A stretch of 58,580 nt of DNA, counting the filler, from Sphacelaria rigidula (lineage: Eukaryota), in NCBI GenBank assembly GCA_964200075.2. It is 8 parts of 8 records of this genome, joined end to end, with 100 filler letters (N's around TTAATTAATTAA, not from the genome) between each part and the next. Parts side by side here need not be neighbours in the genome. Positions count along the whole stretch, not along the records: positions 51,347 to 58,580 come from CAXNAA020015838.1; 7 more parts are not named here. One strand, written 5' to 3'. Position 1 is the stretch's first letter, and every line of letters begins with the position of its first letter. Positions 52,296 through 58,580 of this stretch are shown here, piece after piece. A model generated the notes under the pieces. The model searched no databases, was not told the DNA's origin, and saw only the letters and a program-made list of their open reading frames with translations. The translations under genes and the position numbers were made by a program.

Positions 52296-52338
52296 TACTC
52301 ATGATCATGCATGCCATAGTCATAAGACCATAGACCTC
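52296..52338 (-). mobile_element. Family P 43-bp micro-insertion with 13-bp TSD
   Basis: GCTTGCTACAGTG at 52283-52295 and 52339-52351 flanks tactcatgatcatgcatgccatagtcataagaccatagacctc. Confidence 0.85.
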
Positions 52339-52346
52339 GCTTGCTA

Positions 52347-53193
52347 CAGTGGGGGACTCTCTGAGTAGTGCCGGTATGTGCCCACCACGGACACCGGCAC
52401 TACTCAGAGAGCCCGGCACTACTCTGAAAAGTGCCAAAACAGGTGCAATTGAGGGCTCTTAATACCTCAGTAGTACCGGTTCTGTCACTACGGACGACCG
52501 TCCGTTCGTACAGTGCTACGCTTGCCCTTCGTGGGACCAGCGGCAGCACAAAACGGACGAGAACCTTTGTTTCAAGGGGTTTCGATAGGATACGACACGT
52601 AAGGTTTCGGGGTAGCAGAACTGAGCCCAATTTTTTTTGTTTTTCACATTCAACTTGACTGATCCTGTTCACAGGTTGATCATTTCCTTCCCTACTAGCA
52701 TAACAGCAGCAGTACGACCACAAACGTTACTCATGCCGAAAGACCTTCCCGACAAAAAACAAGGACACATCTGCACCCGACGCAACTAAGAAGGTGCGGC
52801 ATTTGGTGTGGAAAAAGACTCACGAAAGAGTACACCGCCCACCAAAAGGAGTGAGCGAGAAAGAGTGAACCGCACCCCTTTTCACTTCCTACCGGCTACC
52901 GAGACAAGGAGAGAGATAAACAAACGACCTCGAAAATAAAAACACACCGATGCAGCAATCTAGACGCGACTCCTCCCGTGGCTGTGCCCGGGCGTAGATG
53001 CTACGGGCTACCCGATAACGGTGATAACCGGCACTGTTGAGGGTACAAAACCGTTCAAACCAGCACTACTGAGGGTCATCTTTCAGTAGTGCCGCTTGGT
53101 ACTACTGCGAGCTCTGGCTGTGCCCGGAGATTTTACCGGCATTATATAGGTCGTTGGCACTATTCAAACAGCACTATCGAGAGCCCCCCACTG
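52347..53193. mobile_element. Non-autonomous Tc1/mariner-type element (847 bp)
   Basis: TA-[CAGTGGGGG...CCCCCACTG]-TA with repeated GCACTACT/AGTAGTGC subterminal motifs. Confidence 0.85.
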
Positions 53194-54269
53194 TACTAGT
53201 TTCTGGTGCAAAAGCCCGATATTTCCGCGTGTTCACTACACAAGCGCTGTCACCGATCGAGAGAAAATATAGCAGATCAGGGGGGATGGGCGACAGGTGA
53301 TAGCTGCCACCACTATTTTTCCCCAGCTAACAAACTGCCACCACCATTATAATATCTCGTTTGTGGTGATCAACACGTTTGCCCCCGGGCGCCTCAGGTC
53401 GACATTTTATTAAGGACATCTGAAAGACGGCAGACATTAAAAACGCCACACTACACGAGTTGAGAGGGTGTCAGTGAGGGAGTGGGTGACAAAAACAAGA
53501 GAGCAGCAAGAACAACTGAACAAAAGGATTACGCTAAAAACAACGTAGTCACACATTCGTGAATATTTCAGTTGGCGCATTTGAATGGGAAATGGACCAA
53601 CCTGTGGCGAAGGTCGGATCACGCGAGAGTTTCATCACGTGTGTCCGAAATGTCATTATGCGGTCACTCAAAATACCAGAACTTGGCACTCACTGTGAGT
53701 TACGTCGAATGGGTGAGTTCTATCGGCAGCTCCAATCGAGATGAACGACTTCCGGTGCCGCACGGGGATTCGATTCTTGATGTCGAAGGCGGCATATGTT
53801 CTTCCCGGCGATTTTTCGTGGCTGTTGATGCCCATCACTACCGACCACTCATGCTAGTTTAAATCGCCACTCCTTGCGTTTTTTTGTGTTCAGGTAACAG
53901 AACGACCAGCGTTTTCAATATAATAGTACTCCACAGCCGTACCGACTTGCACCCCGAATACCAGCTCCAGCGATGCTTCATAACTACACCGGCACTGGCA
54001 ATGGGTAAGTGAGGTCATTTTAGACTCTTCGTGGTGGTCTCGCGCTCAATATTGAGAACACCCCCGAGCATAGCTGCCGCGGGACGGACAAGTTTTAATT
54101 TGAAACACCCAAGTCCAGGGGCGGTACAGGTAATTGCGTGGGATTGCCAGAAAAACAAGTGTCATCACAATGAACGCGAGCCTTGGTACTCGATGCGTGC
54201 GCTTACGAACAGCCGGGAAAACAAGCACGGTATCGCTAACACGCGGCAGGGTAGTACAAGAGAAGCATT

Positions 54270-55365
54270 TTTTCGGAATGACGGACTTCTATCTGGCTGT
54301 GCTGCTCCAGCAAGCGGTGGTGTCTCCCGCAGTTGCGTTGTGCGCTAGGCCGCTATACAGCGGCCAACACGTGGGCCGTCCACGTCGCGCCAACGACATC
54401 GGCTGGTTGCCAGCGGACAGGCGGCTGGGGCGAAGTCGATGCCCACCGCCAGTGTGGGCACAGCGTGAAAGGATTGTCATGGGCTACAAAACAAGGATTA
54501 GACAAAGATGCGGATAAGTACCGCAAAATACATTGCGCACGTTCCCTTGTAATGCATGACTAGTTGTTAGTTGCGAGTGTAGAGGTCGCGGCACTACATT
54601 GCTCTACATCATACGTGAACAGTCTTCATGATAACAGTTTTGATCGACCGGCACTACAACAGGAAAAGATCCGTACAGACAACTGCTCATTGCTCCAAGC
54701 GTTAGGCCACGACAGTATGTGCACTTCTTCCGCGGGACCGTCACCCGAAAATATTATGCCAACGCGGGGCCCGGCGCTAGAAGGGCTAACCCTTCCACCA
54801 ACAGAGTCGTTCGTCTGTTGAATCGGCACCATCTCCACTTGAAAAGTATATTTGATACCCCGATCGCCCACCCTGGGCGTCAAAGAACTAACCCCTTGAT
54901 GGCCACGCGTGGTCATCTGTTCTAACGGAAAGATTTCACTCGAAACATGACTGAAGGACTCAGATGACCCACCCTGAAGATCAAACGGTTGGTAGTAGGC
55001 ATGAATGCCATGCCAATCCGGCAAGCTAGGCCAGCCTACGCACAGAGCTGTACGTAAATCTGGATCTAGCAGCATGTATGTCAAGAAGAGTTCGAGTTGA
55101 AACTTAGAACGGGTCGGAGGAATCATCGCCTGCTCAAATGACCAAATCCACGACTTTTCAGGCCCGGTTGCTCGAAAGAGAAAGAAAGTTGACCGCTGGT
55201 CGAACAGGTCTCCACGCAAGTTTTGCGCCACTCCACATGCCTGGATCGTGCGTACCTGGGTTTTAACACTGAAAACAAAACCTAAGGATTGACTCGTATC
55301 GCACGAACCATTCACACAAAAATCAAGTTACTTTCAGACGAATCATTAATTCGTCCGACCCTTGA
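54270..55365 (-). mobile_element. Family U, longest copy (contains the 229-aa ORF 54626-55315)
   Basis: Overlaps and links the copies at 11355-12360, 22030-22612 and 58335-58580. Confidence 0.7.
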
Positions 55366-56193
55366 AACTTAGTATTGGGCATCGCAGGTGCATGATGAAA
55401 TAAACCATCGTGAAGGTTTTTATGTCATGGGTTAAGAACAAAAACCACGTCCATTTTTCATTGAAAAAATGCCCTTAGCTTATGATAGAACTCCTCAAAC
55501 TGATCCACAGCTACTGCGCTCGCAATCAGTCAGCGATACAGGTACGACTCCATGCTAAGTTTCAAAGCAAAAATCTCAAACCTGAGGTGCTAAATCCAGA
55601 TTATTTAGTGCCTATATGTGAAATTTTTATTATACGATTTTATACTCGCCAGGGTTAGGGTCAGCAAGATTGGCAGAGGGAAATTGAATACAGGCGAGGG
55701 TTTCGGCCGTTTCCTCGTTCCCCGAGGAATGTTCGTAGCAGAAACCGGCGTCATGCGCTGATTATACTGCGACGGGACTTCGTGTAGACTTCTGTATTGG
55801 GATATCCCCTCACGTTGCGCTTTATACTCGACATGGCGTTGAATCAAAGAGGAAGCGCAGTGCTGGGCTGTTGCGTATACGGGCATTGCTCTTTGATTAC
55901 ATGATTACCAAGATGTACAGATCACAGCCCAATTCGTCTGTGTCGATGCAATTTGGCTGTGACAGTGTGAATTCGTTTGCAGCCTGGCCCATCTCGTAGT
56001 CAGAAGGCTCCCATGAGAGTGGATGAAATGAACCGTACTCTGAGCATCACAGTATTCGCAGATTTCGACGTGAATTCTTGGCTAAAACCCCTGCTGTTTG
56101 GGCGGGGTGCTATCTTAAACAACCAAAGGTTTGCTGTCGGAGATCGTGCCGCATGGCTGTCACCGGCGGCACACCGACTGATATATGACCTGT

Positions 56194-56631
56194 AAACACG
56201 GGATTTTACAAATTGGAGGTGGGTTTTGTATTGGGGATGAAAACCCGGAGAGTTGAAATCGTCGTATCCCCACCAAATTTTCGAAGTATTCTTTCAGTTT
56301 TCCCTTGCTGGTAGCTATTTGCAACTACTACACGTCATAAAAATTAGATTTCGATAACCGAAATGTCGGGGTCCTAGGTGAAAAGCCACTTTTGGCGTCC
56401 TGGGGGATTTCAGGTGTCCGATCGGACGCTAAAAGTGGGTTTTCACCTAGGACCTCGACACTTCGGTTATCGAAATCCGATTTTTATGACGTGTAGTAGT
56501 TGTAAATAGCTATCAACAAGTGGAAAAATGGAAGCATACTTCGAATATTTGGTGGGGATACGACGATTTCAACTCTCCGGATTATCATCCCCGATACAAA
56601 ACCCATCCCCAATTTGTAAAATCCCGTGTTT
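56194..56631. mobile_element. Long-TIR foldback MITE family F
   Basis: ~200-bp arms AAACACGGGATTTTACAAATTGG...CCAATTTGTAAAATCCCGTGTTT form an almost complete hairpin. Confidence 0.9.
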
Positions 56632-58334
56632 GTTGTTGAATCATTTCAATCAATTGATTGCCTCGGCAACAATTGCCAAATAGCTCGTCGGTTGCTGTAC
56701 AAGAACAAAACGACACCCGCGCTGTATTGTACCTGGATGTCCAAGCTCATGCGGTGTTTATCTCGGTTTTCTTCACGTATAATACTTCTGCCATGGCGGC
56801 GGATCAAACCCCTTGCGATAAATGTTTCACTCACCTTGCCGCCCTTCGAAGCAAACGGCCGCTCGTTGCGGGTGTGTCGAACTGACGTATGTTGTGCGTT
56901 TCTTGCGACGGGAAGGCTATGAGACACATGCCTCATCACCGAATCACCTTTTCCTCTCATACTTTTTCTTCTTCAGTAGCAACCCTAGAGGCGACGACTT
57001 GAATGCACGGCCCAATCGATGCGCGATAAAATACTTCCCGATGGATTTTCATCTGCCGAATCACTCAAACAAGAGCAATATTTGTTGTGTGCACTCGTTG
57101 CAGTCTTGTACTTTTCTGTTTGCCCGAAATACACTTCTCCACAAAAACTTTGGTTCTATACACGCGGGAACAATGACCATACGTGGGGATAGACTTTTGG
57201 AGTCGAAGAGACGATGCAACGAATCAGAGGCCCTGCAGTATGAGATCTTGGTGAATCTAGCGCCAATGAAAGGCGACCCTTGTTGTGAAATATGTAGCGA
57301 AGAAAACTTGCGATTGGCTATTATAGTAGACTTGAGTCACACCTAGAATGTACGTACTACAGTACATAAATGTACAGTCGCGCCGGGACGGACAGAGCGA
57401 AAGTGGAGAAACGAAGCAGCAAGTAGACGAGCAACAAGCAGAGAGCGAGTGGTTTATTGCCGCAGGGGCTCAATGCGATGCTCGTGTATCGGTATATCCT
57501 CCTACTAGTATGTCTGGTTGCGTCTTTCAGTGGACGCGAATCCTGGCGCCTGCCAGCAGCAGCGGCCGCTATGCTGCCGGGTGCAATCAGTGCCTTGGCG
57601 ATGTAGTGGTATACCCGCACCGTCCTGTGGCTTGCTCCTTTAATCGGAGCACGGGGTCTGGCCCAGCCGGTCGGGCGGTGTATACGGGCGCTGGTTATGT
57701 ATCTTTACCCAGGCATGTTTGGTGTCGCGCAAATGATGGATCTGTGGAGCGCCTAGCTTGTTTTATGGAAGACAGACCAACCAAAACAAGATGATGTTTT
57801 TAGCCGCCAGTGCAACAGTGCACGAGGGAAGTGGTTCTGCACCCCCCCGCACCGCACCCCCCACCCCCCCCTTCGGAGGGTCTACATTTCCCCCCTCTGC
57901 TTTCCCCCCTCTAAAACCATGTGCTCGCTGCACGTTATCCCTCAAACGCAAGCTGAGTGTTACTTGTAGGAAACACCTACATGGTACTGCTTCGGTATTT
58001 ACTTATAATGCTATTTTAGCATGATTTCTGGCCTACTTCCACCTTGGTCGCGTAAATAACATGGCGTTTCAGCAAGTGGCATAAACCCGCATAACTTCCA
58101 CGTTAGGAGGATAATCGAGCATGAGCTTTTCACCTGAGGGGTGGGCACACTCGTCTAAATGCTGGCCTGCTGCAATATTTTGGGCGAAAACTCTGCTATC
58201 ATCGACCGCGGGTCTGAAATACGTGTATGCTCTAGAACTAGTCATTCACTGATACTGATGAGAGTCAAAGGGTATGATATATATACAATACCCTTTGATG
58301 AGAGTGTAAAACTGTCAGTCTGATAGTGACCAGT

Positions 58335-58580
58335 GGTCTGTATCCGGTCGAATGTCAAGACCATAATCGAGCATAATCTTTCACGGTTAGGACAAATCAT
58401 TACGACTGAAAATCACCGAATTCACGATTTCTTCGGCCCAGTTGCCCAAAACGGAGAAAACAGTTGATAGCTGGTCCAAGGGGTATCCACGTATCTTTTG
58501 CGCCATTTCACGTGTCTGGGCTGCGTTTACCTGGGTTGCAACGCTGAAATAATGCGTAGGGATCGATTCGTCACGAGTCG
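58335..58580 (-). mobile_element. Family U fragment at window end
   Basis: Aligns with ~55055-55305 (tgtcaaga; ttttgcgcca; tacctgggtt). Confidence 0.65.

Noticed and set aside
55650-55662. AGGGTTAGGG telomere-like motif
   Set aside because: Fewer than two full units, expected by chance.
57348-57794. 148-aa ORF and a short hydrophobic alternative frame
   Set aside because: No recognisable domain or consistent exon boundaries.

Overview
This is not one locus. It is eight unrelated, size-sorted eukaryotic contigs (7236, 6x7235 and 7234 bp) joined by artificial 100-bp linkers (N44-TTAATTAATTAA-N44). Intron style, repeat content and a stramenopile-like cullin point to a brown alga (inference). 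Most entries in the ORF track are spurious. Supported genes: the last three exons of a cullin (minus strand, 25118-28221) and four phase-compatible internal exons of a multi-EF-hand-like protein (plus strand, 44523-49573). Also present: a pseudogenised Ty1/Copia element (5' LTR, half-tRNAiMet PBS, gag, protease), many hAT-, Tc1/mariner- and foldback-type MITEs (several with visible TSDs), and a decayed multi-copy repeat with apparent coding ancestry of unknown type. The most unusual signal is a very abundant family of variably truncated insertions with one fixed end (...ATGAGTAC) abutting a poly-C/poly-G run. It has 11-13 bp target-site duplications, suggesting a retroposon with a poly-C rather than poly-A tail, or one that targets G-runs. 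All alignments were made by eye and most repeat boundaries are approximate.
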